The notes: generated by a model from the sequence alone, not told the origin. A DNA stretch of 64,000 nt from Mustelus asterias (GCF_964213995.1 NC_135810.1:12152001-12216000); one strand, 5' to 3'; shown: positions 1 to 11,617, counted from the stretch's first letter. Program-made: numbers and translations.

Positions 1-2140
1 GTGAAATGATAATTATTCATTTTTATAGGGTGTGGGCATCGCTGGCTAAACCATTTATTCCCCATCCCAAGTTGCCCATGAGAAGATTGTAGTGAGCTGC
101 CTACTTGAACCGCTGCAGTAGGTACACCCATAGTGCTGTTAGGGAGGGAGTTCCAAGATTTTGACCCAGTGATAGGGAAGGAACGACAATATTTCCAAGT
201 CAGGTTGGTGAGTGACTTGGAGGGGAATCTATAGGTGACGGTGTCCCCAAGTATCTGCTGCTCGTCATTCTAGATGGTAGTGATCATAAGTTTGGAATGT
301 GCTAAGGAACCTTGGCGAGTTCCTGCAGTGCATGTCGTAGATGGTACACACAGCTTCCACTGTTCATCAGTGGTAGAGGGGTTGAATGTTTGTGGAACAG
401 GAAGCAATCCAGCAGGCTACTGTATCCTGGATGATGTCGAGCCCGAGTGTTGTTGGAGCCACACTCATCCAGTCAAGTGTATTCCATTACACTTCTGACT
501 CGTGCCTTGTAGATGGTGGACAAGCTCTGGGGAGTCAGGAGGTAAGTCACTTGCCACAGGATTCCTCGCCTTTCACTTGCTCTGGTAGCCACAGTATTTA
601 TATGTTCAGTTCTGTTTCTCATCAATGGTAACCCCCCAAGATGTTGACAGTGGGGGGTTTCAGCGATGGTTATGCCATTGAATGTCAAGGGGCCATGGTT
701 AGATCCTCTCATGTAACCTGCTCTTGTAGCCCCAGTATTTACATGGCCAATGCTGTTCAATTTCTGGTCAGCTGGAATCCCCAAGATGTAGATAGTGGGA
801 GATTCAGTGATGGTAATGTTATTGAATGTCATGGGGAGATGGTTAGATCCTCTCTTGTTGGACTTGGTCACTGCCGGACACTTGTGTGGTGTGAATGTTA
901 CTTGTCAGCCCAAGCTTGGATATTGTTCAGGTCTTACTGCATTTGGATATGGTCTGCTTCAGTATCAGAGGAGTCATGAATGAGACTTTACATTGTGCAG
1001 TTATCAGTGAATATCCCCACCTCTAACCTCGAGATGGGAGGAAGGTAATTGATGAAGCAACTGAAAATGGTTGGGCCAAGACCTCCAACCACCATTACCA
1101 TCTTCCTTAGTGCCAGGTACAACTCCAAATAGCAGAGGGTTTTCCTCAATTTCCATTGACTCCAGTTTTGCTTGGGATCCTTAGTCGAATGCTGCTTGAT
1201 GTCCAGGGCAGTCACTCTCATCTCACCTCTTTTAGATGCTTGAACCAAGGCTGAAATGAGTTCAGGAGCTGAATGACTGGTGGAACCCAAACTGTGTGTC
1301 CGTGAGCAGGCTATTGGTGAGTAAGTGCTGCTTGATGACTCATTCATCAGTAAAATTATGAAGGGGTGTATACTGATGGGCAGTAATTGGCCAGGTTGGA
1401 TTTGTTATGTTTCTTGTGTATAGGAGATATCCGGGCAATATTCCACATTGCCAGGTAGATGTCAGTGTTGTAGCTATACTAGAACAGTTTAGCTAGGGAC
1501 GTGGTGCAAGTCTTCAGTACTATTGTTTATTTATTATCACAAATAGGCTTACATTAACACTGCAATGAAGTTACTGTGAAAATCCCCTAGTCGCCACATT
1601 CCGGTGCCTGTTTGGGTACACCGAGGGAGAATTTAGCATGGCTAATGCACCTAACCAGCATATCTTTCAGACTGTGGGAGGAAACCGGAGCACCCAGAGA
1701 AAACCCACAAAGACACAGGGGGAACGTGCAAACTCCGCACAGACAGTGACCCAACCGGAAATCGAACCTGGGTCCCTGGCACTGTGAAGCAGCAGTGCTA
1801 ACCACTGTGCCACCCCAGAATTTTAGGAGGACCCATAGCCTTTGCATTATCCAATGCCTTCAGCCATTTCTTGACATCACACGAAGTGAATCGAATTGGC
1901 TGAAGATTGGCATCGGTGATGCTGGGTACCTCTGGAGGAGGCCAAGATGATCATCCACTCCGCACTTTGGGTTGATGATCATTGCAAATGCTTCAGCCTT
2001 ATCTTTTGCACACATGTGCTGGATTCCTTGATCATTGAGGATGGAAATTTTTGTGAAGCCTCCTCCTCCCATAAGTTGTTTAACTATCCATCACCATTAA
2101 TGGCTGGATGTGCCCAGACTGCAAAACTCAGATCTTATTA
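1..2140 (-). mobile_element. Degenerate CR1/L2-group non-LTR retrotransposon, 3' portion, interrupted by a V-SINE at ~1525-1815
   Basis: Minus-strand ORF fragments with RT-like motifs (ALDIKQ, LGPTIFSCFINYLP, IFTDNCT, TIYKARVRSVMEY); homologous to the plus-strand copy at 55480-56960; 3' tail near position 15-120. Confidence 0.75.
1525..1815 (-). mobile_element. tRNA-derived V-SINE (HE1-like head) with tail type B
   Basis: tRNA-like head GGTGGCACAGTGGTTAGCACTGCTGCTTCACAG, V-domain GGGTTTTCTCTGGGTGCTCCGGTTTCCTCCCACAG, tail TTTTCACAGTAACTTCATTGCAGTGTTAATGTAAGCC. Confidence 0.8.
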
Positions 2141-2224
2141 GTTGATTCGTTGATTGTGGGATTGCTTAGCTCTTGTCTATTACTTGCCTATTAATTCCAC
2201 CATCCGCCATGGTGGGATTCAACC

Positions 2225-3870
2225 TAGGTGCCCAGAGCTGGAATTGGAGTAGATGGGAAGGACCCATTTCCCTTAGCAGCACAGTGGGTAATTTGGGAAC
2301 AGAGATTTAGAGTGATTGGTAGAAATATGTGGAGATGAAGTATATCTTTTTCATCAAGAGGATGGTAGGGGTCTGGAACTCGCTGCCTAAAAGGGTAGTG
2401 GAAGCAGAAACTCTCAATTCACTTAAAAGCTGACTGGTTATGCACTAAACTCCCGAATCTTCCAGAGTTACAGACCAAGTACTGAAAAACAGGAATAAGC
2501 TGGAGGGCTTGCTTTTCGATGGGACACGATGGGAGGGATGGCCTCCTTTTGCACTGTAATTTTTCCTGCATTTTTCTAAATATCTGAAAAAGGAGGAATG
2601 TGCACAGATATAGGGCGAGAGCAGGAAGGGTGACAGTACATGAATTGTTCCCTACGAAAGCTGATATGCACATGATCAGCTACAATGGCTTTGTCTGTGC
2701 TTTAACACCTCTATCCAATTAGACAAGATGGAATAAAATCAGAAAGTGCTGGAATACTCAGCGGATTTGGCAGCATCTGTGGAGAGAGATACAGAGTTAA
2801 TGTTCCCAGTTCCTCTAAGGATATTTCATCATGAAGTGGAAAGGAAATCAGAAAAAAGGTTCATGATTATGACTCAACATGGTTAACAGCAGCTCAGAAA
2901 GGCTCCTTTGACAGCACGTTCCAAATCCGTGACCACTACCATTGAGGACAAGGGCAGCAGATGCATGAGATCACCACTTGCAAATTCCCCTCCAAGCCAC
3001 ATGCCACCTTGATTTGGAAATATATCAACATGCCTTCACTGTCACTGGATCAGAATAAGACACGCAGACCATAAGGCACAGGAGCCAAAATGGGCAAAAT
3101 GGGCCATTCGGCACATTGAGTCTGCTCTCATCTAATCATCTAGTTATGATGAATTGGGGAATGTTACTTAAAGGGATGACAATGGATAGGCAATGGCAAA
3201 CATTCAGATGGTGGGAAGAGTCCAGAACCAGCGGCCACAGTCTCAGGATATGGGGGGTAACCATTTAGGGATGCGATGAGGAGAAATTTCTTCACCCAGA
3301 AAGTGGCGAGATGGTGAAATTCACTACCACGTAAAGCAGTTGAGGCCAAAACGTTGTATACTTTCCAGGAGGAAACATAACTCCACAGTTTGCACATTCT
3401 CTCCGGGTTCCCTCCCACAGTTCAAAGATGCGCAGGTTAGGTGGATTGGCCATGCTAAATTGCCTCTTAGTGTCAGGGGAACAGGGGGACTAGCTAGGGT
3501 AAATGAGTTATGGGGATAGACTCAATGGGCTGAATGGCCTCCTTCTGCCCTGTATGATTCCAAGTGATATCAGCCATGGTTGAATGTCAGAGCAGACTCA
3601 ATGGGCCAAATGGCCTAATTCTGCTCCTATATCTTATGGCCTACTCCTGATCCTATTTTCAATGTAATTCCACTTCACCATTCTATCTCCATACCCCCTG
3701 ATCACCTTACTGATTTGTCTAAACTCCAATGAGTACTGACCCTACCTCCTCATTGGAAGATCCTTCTATACTTGGGATGGACTTGGTGAATCTTCTCTGG
3801 ACTGCGACCAATGCCAGCCTGGTCTTTCCCGAGATAAGGGGACCAGAAGTGTTGACAGTATTCCTGCACG
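2225..3870. mobile_element. Cluster of CR1 3' fragments in both orientations, a partial HE1-like SINE (~3385-3560) and a Penelope-like fragment (~2735-2810)
   Basis: CR1-type motifs such as GAGGAGAAATTTCTTCACCCAGAAAGTGG and ATGGGCCAAATGGCCTAATTCTGCTCCTAT; V-SINE core at 3385-3560. Confidence 0.65.
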
Positions 3871-4041
3871 TCCTGCCCTGACAGCACAGTGTAGCCACAC
3901 CACAGGCAGCGGTTCAAGAAGGCAGCGCAGATCATCATCGTCACCTCCTCCTCCAGCTTTGAGGGATGGGCAATAAATGCTGGCCTTTATACCCACATCC
4001 CGGGAAAGATAAATAACGAGAAGAGAGACAGAGAGACTCAC

Positions 4042-4087
4042 CGTCCATCGTCTCCCTCACCGCGTTCAGATTGCCAGCATTCGCCAT
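4042..4087 (-). CDS. MZT1: MZT1 (mitotic spindle organizing protein 1) first coding exon; remaining exons lie left of the window
   Basis: Minus strand reads MANAGNLNAVRETMD+G followed by donor GTGAGT (4041-4036); NLNAVRETMD matches the human MZT1 N-terminus; head-to-head with BORA as in human. Confidence 0.9.
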
Positions 4088-4099
4088 TCCTCCCGCTTC

Positions 4100-4562
4100 T
4101 GGCCAGGATCACCCCGCCCACCCGGCCCGCTAAACAACTATTTTAGAATATTTTTTAAATACACCGGGACCTGCTTGAACAGTCGGACATTATCCCGCAG
4201 CGCGAGCTCCGCACGGTAATAAAGCCCCTCTCTTTATTAGCCTCGCCGCTCTTTGTTCGCTGTTTCGAACGGGAATCGGTGTCAATAAAGTTTATTGACG
4301 GAGCGACCGTTAGCATTTGAATCTGATTGGCTGCAGGCCGGGAACCGCCGCCTGATTGGGCGCTGCCAGCCGCCGACCCAGACCGCTGATTGGTCGGCGG
4401 CAAAGGACGCCGTTGATTGGTCGCGGGGCCGCCGGCAGTGATTGGTCACCGCAAAGCCTCAAGACTGATTGGCTAACGGCCGCCGACAGCTGAAGGCTCT
4501 GATTGGCTGCCGGATGCAGGAGGGATATTCAAGGCAACGAACTCGGAGAGAGGACGCGGAAG
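4100..4562. promoter_or_regulatory. CpG-rich bidirectional MZT1/BORA promoter with seven NF-Y CCAAT boxes and CHR-like elements
   Basis: ATTGG at 4326, 4355, 4389, 4416, 4441, 4468, 4502, all in TGATTGG context; TTTGAA at 4316-4321; TTCAAG at 4528-4533; high CpG density. Confidence 0.85.
4535..4562 (+). other. BORA: Probable non-coding exon 1 of BORA (5' end uncertain)
   Basis: Donor AG|GTAAAT at 4563 just downstream of the CCAAT array; the ATG-containing exon is preceded by a strong acceptor at 6291. Confidence 0.55.
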
Positions 4563-4927
4563 GTAAATTATCAAATATAAAATATAATCTATTTAATATA
4601 TAGAGACTGGGGTAAAATATAATCCATATAATATATAGAGACTGGGGTAAAATATAATCCATATAATATATAGAGACTGGGGTAAAATATAATCCATATA
4701 ATATAAAATATATAGAGACTGGGGTAAAATATACTCAATATAATATAAAATATAGAGAGACTGGGGTAAAATATACTCAATATAATATAAAATATATAGA
4801 GACTGGCGTAAAATATAATCCATATAATATAAAATATATAGAGACTGGGGTAAAATATAATCCATATATAAAATAGAGAGAGACTGGGGTAAAATATAAT
4901 CAATATAATATAAAATATAGAGAGACT

Positions 4928-5266
4928 GGCGGCACGGTAGCACAATGGTTAACACTGCTGCTTCACAGCTCCAGGGACCTGGATTCGAATCCCAGCTCGG
5001 GTCACTGTCTGTGTGGAGTTTGTACATTCTCCCTGTGTCTGCGTGGGTTTCCTCCGGGTGCTCCAGTTTCCTCCCACAGACCAAACATGTGCGGGTTAGG
5101 TTGATTGGCCATTCTAAATTGCCCCTTAATGTCCTGGGATGCATAGGTTAGAGGGATTAGTGGGCAAAATATGTAGGGATATGGGGATAGGGCCTGGGTG
5201 GGATTGTGGTTGGTGCAGACTCAATGGACCAAATGGCCTCTTTCTGCACAGTAGGATTCTGATTCT
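4928..5266 (+). mobile_element. Full-length HE1-like V-SINE with CR1-type tail (tail A)
   Basis: Head GGCGGCACGGTAGCACAATGGTTAACACTGCTGC, box B-like GGATTCGAATCCC, V-domain, tail ending GATTCTGATTCTG. Confidence 0.85.
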
Positions 5267-5365
5267 GAAAATATACTCAATATAATATAGAATATAGAGA
5301 GACTGGGGTAAAATATAATCTATATACTATAAATGTAGAGACTGGGGTAAAATATAATCAATATA

Positions 5366-5605
5366 GTCATAGACGTTTACAGCATGGAAACAGGCCCTTT
5401 GGCCCAACTTGTCCATGCTGCCCAGTTTTTTAGCATTAAGCTAGTCCCAATTGCCTGTGTTTGGCCCATGTCCCTCCATACCAATCTTATCCATGTAACT
5501 GTTTAAATGCTTTTTAAAAGATAAAATTGTACCTGTCTCTGCTACAGCCTCTGGCAGCCCGTTCCAGACACTTACCACCCTCTGTGCGAAAAAATTGCCC
5601 CACAT
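5366..5605 (-). mobile_element. CR1 LINE 3' fragment
   Basis: Minus-strand NFFAQRVVSVWNGLPEAVAE motif typical of the CR1 ORF2 C-terminus. Confidence 0.75.
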
Positions 5606-6356
5606 AATGTAAAGAGAGAGAGACTGGGGTAAAATATAATCAGTATAGAGACTAGGCTGAAGTATAATCAATATGGAGTAATATATAGAGATGGGTAATT
5701 TTACAGTAACCAGCAATGATGCAGTTCCTGGGGCACTACAGTTTGCACAACTTGCTTGGGCTAAGTAGTACTTCAAGGATATCTAATTAACAGGATGTAT
5801 AAAAAAAGATCGTTTACATCAATAAGGATCAACCTAAACAATTGACCAATAAAGAGCTGAACCTCTATGTGAGGAAATCAATTAAAATACTTGTTTCATT
5901 TATTTAACTGAAGTCTGCAAATATTTTATCCTTTATTTTTCCAAGCAAACATAAAATCCACAGGCTCCGTTACAAGCTTGTTTCCAAGCTCTCTCTTTGA
6001 GGATGTGCTCCACTTACACACTTCTAACTAAAGCCCTTTTTTTGCAACACTCTTCAATTGAAATTTTCCTTTGTCTATGTGTACTGAAGAACTTTAATTC
6101 AAAAATAGTTAATGTGAGCTGTAATGAAGGAAATCCTTTTTTAAAAAATCTTATTACCTATTATTAATGTAATGCTAATGGATTACTGGAGAAGAAGTGC
6201 TATCATTTATATGTGCATTTAAGTAGAAAAATGTCCCAAAGTGCTTCATAGAAGCAAAGAAAACTCATTTAAGTATTTTTTTTTCCTGTAGATTCTTGTA
6301 TCCCAATGATAACCAACTGGACGTGGAAAAGTATTGCATACTGTTAAGAAAGAGTA

Positions 6357-6521
6357 ATGGGAGATCTGAAAAGTGAGACCAGGTTACATGTAACGCCAGA
6401 CACACCTGGACGGCCTCCTGTCTCAAACCCTTTTGAGAGCCCCAGTGATTATGCAAGTTTGCATGAGCCAGTAGTTCCCAGTCCATCTGTCTTCAGATTG
6501 GTGAAAACACCCGACACACGG
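6357..6521 (+). CDS. BORA: BORA (Aurora kinase A activator) coding exon 1
   Basis: [32 protein letters not shown]...; acceptor at 6291, donor GTAAGT at 6522, phase 0. Confidence 0.95.
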
Positions 6522-6589
6522 GTAAGTTTGACACTCTTCAAAGGGAGAGTTATTTTCTCTTATCTTGCGCACACAATATTGTAATTTAG

Positions 6590-6820
6590 TATTGCTGAAA
6601 AATAGACTTTTTTATTGAAGCTTTTCATCTTGCTCACATCGGGAATACCAACATCAAGGGAAACAACAAGTTTAATCTGTATTAGAAGAGTGCTTGTTGG
6701 TTGGCAAATATTCTGATTGGTAGAGGCATTGTCATGGAGAATGCACAGCTGATGGTGACTGACAGTTAACTGCCAAGCATTGTTTGAAATTTAAATCAGG
6801 CAGCTTGACTCTGATTATTA
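6590..6820 (-). mobile_element. Penelope-like repeat (family 2) with decayed hammerhead motif
   Basis: Homologous to 49040-49300 and, inverted, to 49610-49865 and 7850-8140. Confidence 0.55.
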
Positions 6821-7385
6821 TATTTTGGGTTCTGCATATAACCCTAATTAGCAATGCTGTATATTAAGTTACGTTGTTTTAGAAGAAAGAATATATACCA
6901 TATAAAAGCTATTTTTGAAAGCTATCCCAGATTGGATTAGCCAGTAGCAAATTAAAGTTATTTGTAAATAGATGGATAGGAGGGAGAAGAAATATTTAAC
7001 AGCAAACAAGACACAGGCTATCATTTTCTCTTTAAATTTACACTCATTTGGGACGATTTAATATTTTGTCAGTTTGAAAATCGCTGGCAGAAATGCATAG
7101 TCTTCAGCTTAGTCCAGAATCTTCAGTACATAATCAAGGTTAGCAATGGCATGTAGCACTGAGGAACGCTGTATAGTTGGAGGTGTCATCTTTTGGTAAT
7201 TTCTTTTCATTGCCATTTTGGGACCGAAAGGTGACCAAATTGGTTGTTGTGTTTCTTACATTTCAACAGTGACAACAATTCAAAAAGCTTTGAGATGTCC
7301 TGAGCTCTTGGAAGTGATACATAAGTGTAAATTATGTTTTTACATCTGGTGGATAGCTTAAAAATGTACTACATTCCTTACTTAG

Positions 7386-7492
7386 ACACCTGGAAAATTC
7401 AAGTGGTCCATTGAAGAGCTAGCAATCTTGCATCCAATTGAAATTGACCCAGAAGATGTTCACCAGCAATCTACATACATGAGCTGCACCAG
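7386..7492 (+). CDS. BORA: BORA coding exon 2
   Basis: [35 protein letters not shown](R); TAG acceptor, GTTACC donor, 107 nt. Confidence 0.93.
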
Positions 7493-7849
7493 GTTACCAC
7501 TTTTATTCTCCTATGAGTTGTGTACAATGCAGTCATTCGATCAATGTGTGTGATATTTGATGCAATTTCTCATCTATTTAAATTTTTTTAAAGCGGTAGA
7601 AATTTATTTGCAATTCAGGAGGGGGAGGTTATGAAGAACTCTCACTTCAGAGCTTAATTTCAATTCAGAATGATTTAATAATATTAGCATGGTCTCAATT
7701 GGTTCAGTAAGTCACCCATCATATTTTCTCCATAACATTGTATTTTCTTGCATATATATATAGGACTGTTACTACATTTAGGATCATATGGTGGATGATA
7801 CTTCATTTGACCTGTATTGACTGTAATTTTAATTGCGCATTATAATGCA

Positions 7850-8140
7850 CCTTTGCCAGTATATCGCTTAAAAAGGACACATTGTCAAAGCTTTGTCAAA
7901 ACAACTTGGTTGTTCCCTTTACACTTGGTACTCTTGTGAGTTCTCCTGATAAGTGCAAGACAAAAAACTTCAACAACATGGCTGGGATTTTACAGCCCCA
8001 TCATAGTGGAACTTGCCACAGGAGACTTGGTGGCCCAGTCAAAAGTCATCAGGACCCGCCAATCCCGGTGGTTGGCGGGTCTGGAAAACGCAACTCCATG
8101 TTTCTTTTTTCAGCAATACTCAAGTTCTGACTACCCATTG
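7850..8140 (+). mobile_element. Penelope-like repeat (family 2) with a short TIR-type element inserted at ~7979-8088
   Basis: CCTGATAAGTGCAAGACAAAAAACTTC then, after the insert, TTTCAGCAATACTCAAGTTCTG, as at 49800-49850. Confidence 0.5.
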
Positions 8141-8501
8141 ACTACCAGTGTATCAATATTTATTTTGCTAATGAGACAGGTATTTGAAGTGTGGATCTTT
8201 CTAATTGTGGCTTGTGCAGATATAAACTGCAGTTCATTATCTGCATTAGTTGAAGGCTAAATCACAATATTGCCTGATTCTATTTTTAAGTATTAAGCTA
8301 CAACGATGAGCAAAACAATGTTTCGTAATTCAAAAATGTGGATAAAAAAATTAAGAGTTAAAAACATGCATAGGTATTCTTGTTAAATCGCCAGTAGGGA
8401 AAGATTATTTTTCTTTGTACAGTGCTAGGGGTTAGTTTCAAAGTCAATAGACTTGTGACGGTGATATTACTTTCTATTTTTTTTTTTGTTTATGCTTTCA
8501 G

Positions 8502-8547
8502 ATTAGACAATGATATTGAGGCAAGAAAACAAAAAGCTATTGAAGAA
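8502..8547 (+). CDS. BORA: BORA coding exon 3
   Basis: (R)LDNDIEARKQKAIEE; TTTCAG acceptor, GTAAGT donor, 46 nt. Confidence 0.93.
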
Positions 8548-8842
8548 GTAAGTGCTTAGACCAAGGTGAAGAAAATGTTTTGGTGTGACATTAATTTTGA
8601 GTAAAATCCGGCCAGCAAATCTCATTGACAAACTGGTTTAAAAAAAACTTCTTCTCAAGTGACTGATTTCTACGCATTTCTTAAAGTACAATTCATTCAT
8701 CTACGTATAATTGATCTTGGATATATAGGTTTTTAAGTTCACCAGTGCATGCCAAATATAGATACTGGGGAGAAAATTAAAAGATGTAATTCATTTTTTC
8801 AGATTTAGATCACCAGTGGATAGTTTGAATATTCAACCTTTT

Positions 8843-9540
8843 TTAATGATTTGATTTATTATTGTCACATGTATTAACATACAGTGAAAAGTATTGTTTC
8901 TTGCGCGCTATACAGACAAAACATACCGTTCATAGGGAAGAAAACGAGAGAGTGCAGAATGTAGTGTTACAGTCATAACTAGGGTGTACGGAAAGATCAA
9001 CTTAATGCAGGGTAAGTCCATTCAAAAGTCTGACAGCAGCAGGGAAGAAACCTTTCTTGAGTCGGTTATTACGTGACCTCAGACTTTTGTATCTTTTTCC
9101 CGACGGAAGAACGTGGAAGAGAGAATGTCCGGAGTGCGTGGGGTCCTTAATTATGCTGGCTGCTTTGCTGAGGATGGGAGGCTGGTTTGCGTGATGGATT
9201 GGGCGACATTTTGTAGTTCCTTGCAGTCATGGCAGAGCTTTGATACAACCAGAAAGACTGCTTTCTGTGGTACATCTGTAAAAGTTGGTGAGAGCCGTAG
9301 CTGACATGGCAAATTTCCTTAGTCTTCTGAGAAAGTAGAGGCGTTGGTGGGCTTTCTTAACTATAGTGTTGGCGTGGGGGGACCAGGACAGGTTGTTGGT
9401 GATCCAGACACCTAAAAACTTGAAGCTCTCGACCCTTTCTACTTCGTCCCCGTTGACGTAGACAGGGGCATGTTCTCCTTTACGCTTCCTGAAGTCGATG
9501 ACAATCTCCTTCGTTTTGTTGACATTGAGGGAGAGATTCC
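8843..9540 (-). mobile_element. Rex1/Babar-like LINE, 5'-truncated
   Basis: Close homology to 24905-26178 and 62477-63320; tail TGTGACAATAATAAATCAAATC. Confidence 0.8.
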
Positions 9541-9922
9541 CTCAATGTTCCACAATGGAGTGGTTTGCCATATGAACTTTCTATTACTGTTTCTTTTTTT
9601 AAATAAACGTTTTTTGAGGGTTTTTTCCTGGGTCACATGATCCCTACACTTGTTTTCTATCTGATAGCTGGTCACGATGATGAGATTTTTGCTTGACCCT
9701 GGATAATGCTGCTGTGAGAAATATTGTGCGGATAATTTCACTTGCTCATAGGGGAGGTGTTTAGCACAGTTCATGAGAGGAATGTCCGGTGAAATCCTAC
9801 AATTAGGATTCAAGCACTGATCCAATGCCATGTAATATACTTGAGTATTCACCTCGAGTTTAAGATTTAAACATGTAATGTACCCTAATATTCTGATTCA
9901 TCTGACTTTTGTTTATTTGCAG

Positions 9923-10004
9923 TTTTTCTTGAATAGTGTCATTGTCCCTTCTCCTTGGACTCAAACTGAGGGGAAACCAATTGCACAGTCCCTTCGAGTC
10001 AAAT
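9923..10004 (+). CDS. BORA: BORA coding exon 4
   Basis: [27 protein letters not shown], containing the conserved FF...IVPSPW Aurora-A-activating motif; GCAG acceptor, GTGAGT donor. Confidence 0.95.
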
Positions 10005-10944
10005 GTGAGTTCTTGAGAATTCCTGGGTCTTAGTGATTACTTGTTACTTTTATGTAAAGAGCAAAATTCTCACAAATGGATTTCCTTCCCAAAAGTAGAC
10101 TTTGGGTCTTAGATGAGGAGGGGGAATCTAAGGCCACAACTTATACCTCTCAATCAATTAATTTGCATGCTATTATTGCTATTATCAATATATTAGATTC
10201 TGACAACAGCAACAATTATGTAATAAGTGAAATATCTTCTTTGTATGCCAGCTATCTAAAATGGGCTCACAAAGGTGGAGGATTTCTTTGATGCAAGGTA
10301 TTGTACTGAGTGTACAAGATTTACATGTTCAGTAAACTTAGAAAGTAAATGATGCATAGTTCAGTTTAATTCAGCATGGCAAGTAAGAGATCTGCCTGAG
10401 TACAAGCATGTCCACTTTATTTATTTCATTGCAACAGCAATTATTTATGTGATTTAAAGCTCAGAACTTTGTTTTTATTAAATCAATAAATTGAACTTCC
10501 ACTTAATTTCCCAATGTAACACTTCTCTAGAAATTGGACCAAAGTTTGCTGAGTCATTGCCATTTTATCTAATAATTCTTAAGGAAGCGTTTTGATATCT
10601 GAGTGGATAAATATCATATAGACCAGGGTAGTCCCAAATTTGCTAAGCGTCCAAAGAGTAGGAAATGGAGGCAAAAGTACCCACAGTTCCTGTTGCTAAT
10701 CACAATACAGTGATACCTTTAGTCAGTTGTGTGTGGTTGTTTGGTCAGGCTCACCTTTGCTTGTGTGCATACACAATCACATACTTTGCTGATGCTGTCT
10801 AGACTTACATATGCTACACTTTAGGACGGCCAGTGCTTTGGGACACTATCCCGTCGTGAGCTTATAAGCAAAGTACTGTGGATGCTGGGGATCTGAAATG
10901 AAAACAAAACGTGGTGGTAAAAACTCAACAGATCTGACCGCATT

Positions 10945-11262
10945 TATACCGTGGCTATATTCATGGCCGGGTGTCTTTGGAGAGAGAGCATGTGATGTCC
11001 GAAGGCACTGATGACGCCTTTCGTGCCTGCCAGGCACCACAGGGACTGGGGTGCATTATCGACCCCTTTAATCACATTTTAGTTTTATGTTTTAAGTTTC
11101 ATTTCTACTTTTTTTGTGCTTCCCTTCTTTTTGGGGACTGCCCCTTTTGATTTGTCCCTCAGTTAATTTAATTTGGTTTAATTGTTTTGCCAAAAAGATT
11201 AACAGAATGTTTATTTGTCCCTCAGTTGATTTGATTAGTTTAATTGTTTTACCAAAAAGATT
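10945..11262 (+). mobile_element. Probable Tx1/L1-clade LINE 3' end inserted into a Penelope-like fragment
   Basis: Translates as GYIHGRVSLEREHVMSEGTDDAFRACQAPQGLGCIIDP, followed by a T-rich 3' UTR and AAAAAGA; flanks 10865-10945 and 11260-11290 are contiguous halves of one repeat. Confidence 0.5.
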
Positions 11263-11617
11263 GACAGCATCTGTGGAGAGAGAATCCCAGCACTTTGTTT
11301 TTTCTCACATTATGAGCTTGGCAGGTTCAAATTAAATTGGAGTGAGGTGGAGTAAGGGGTGGAGAATTCTTGTCCATCAAAATTACGCCAGATTTCCCTT
11401 GTTTGTACTGAGTGCCCCCAGTGTGTGTTTTTTTTTGTTTTCCTATTGGTTGCTACCTTTCCACCATTCCTGTTGTTGTTATGCTAAAGTATTCTGATGC
11501 AGTCGACATCTTTAGGTGAGATTAACTGGTTTAAAAAATGTGATTATGCCTAGAGCCTTAATTGAAGATGTCGTGCGTCTAAAGCAATTACACTTCTTTA
11601 TTTGCTGTTCCTTTCAG

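Larger units (their letters stand above)
4590..5692. repeat. AT-rich minisatellite (~31-42 bp units with core GAGACTGGGGTAAAATATAATCC), interrupted by a SINE and a CR1 fragment
   Basis: About 12 visible copies of GAGACTGGGGTAAAATATA separated by variable ATATA runs. Confidence 0.9.

Noticed and set aside
1-4035. Further MZT1 exons
   Set aside because: No VLLEISR...CEQGINPEAL-like sequence seen; the region is almost entirely repeats
4459-5144. Tyr/Ile-rich ORFs of 118-183 aa
   Set aside because: They are translations of the minisatellite and the adjacent SINE
10988-11015. Box C/D snoRNA-like motifs (TGTGATG ... CTGA)
   Set aside because: Boxes are too close together, there is no terminal stem, and they lie in the coding remnant of a LINE 3' end
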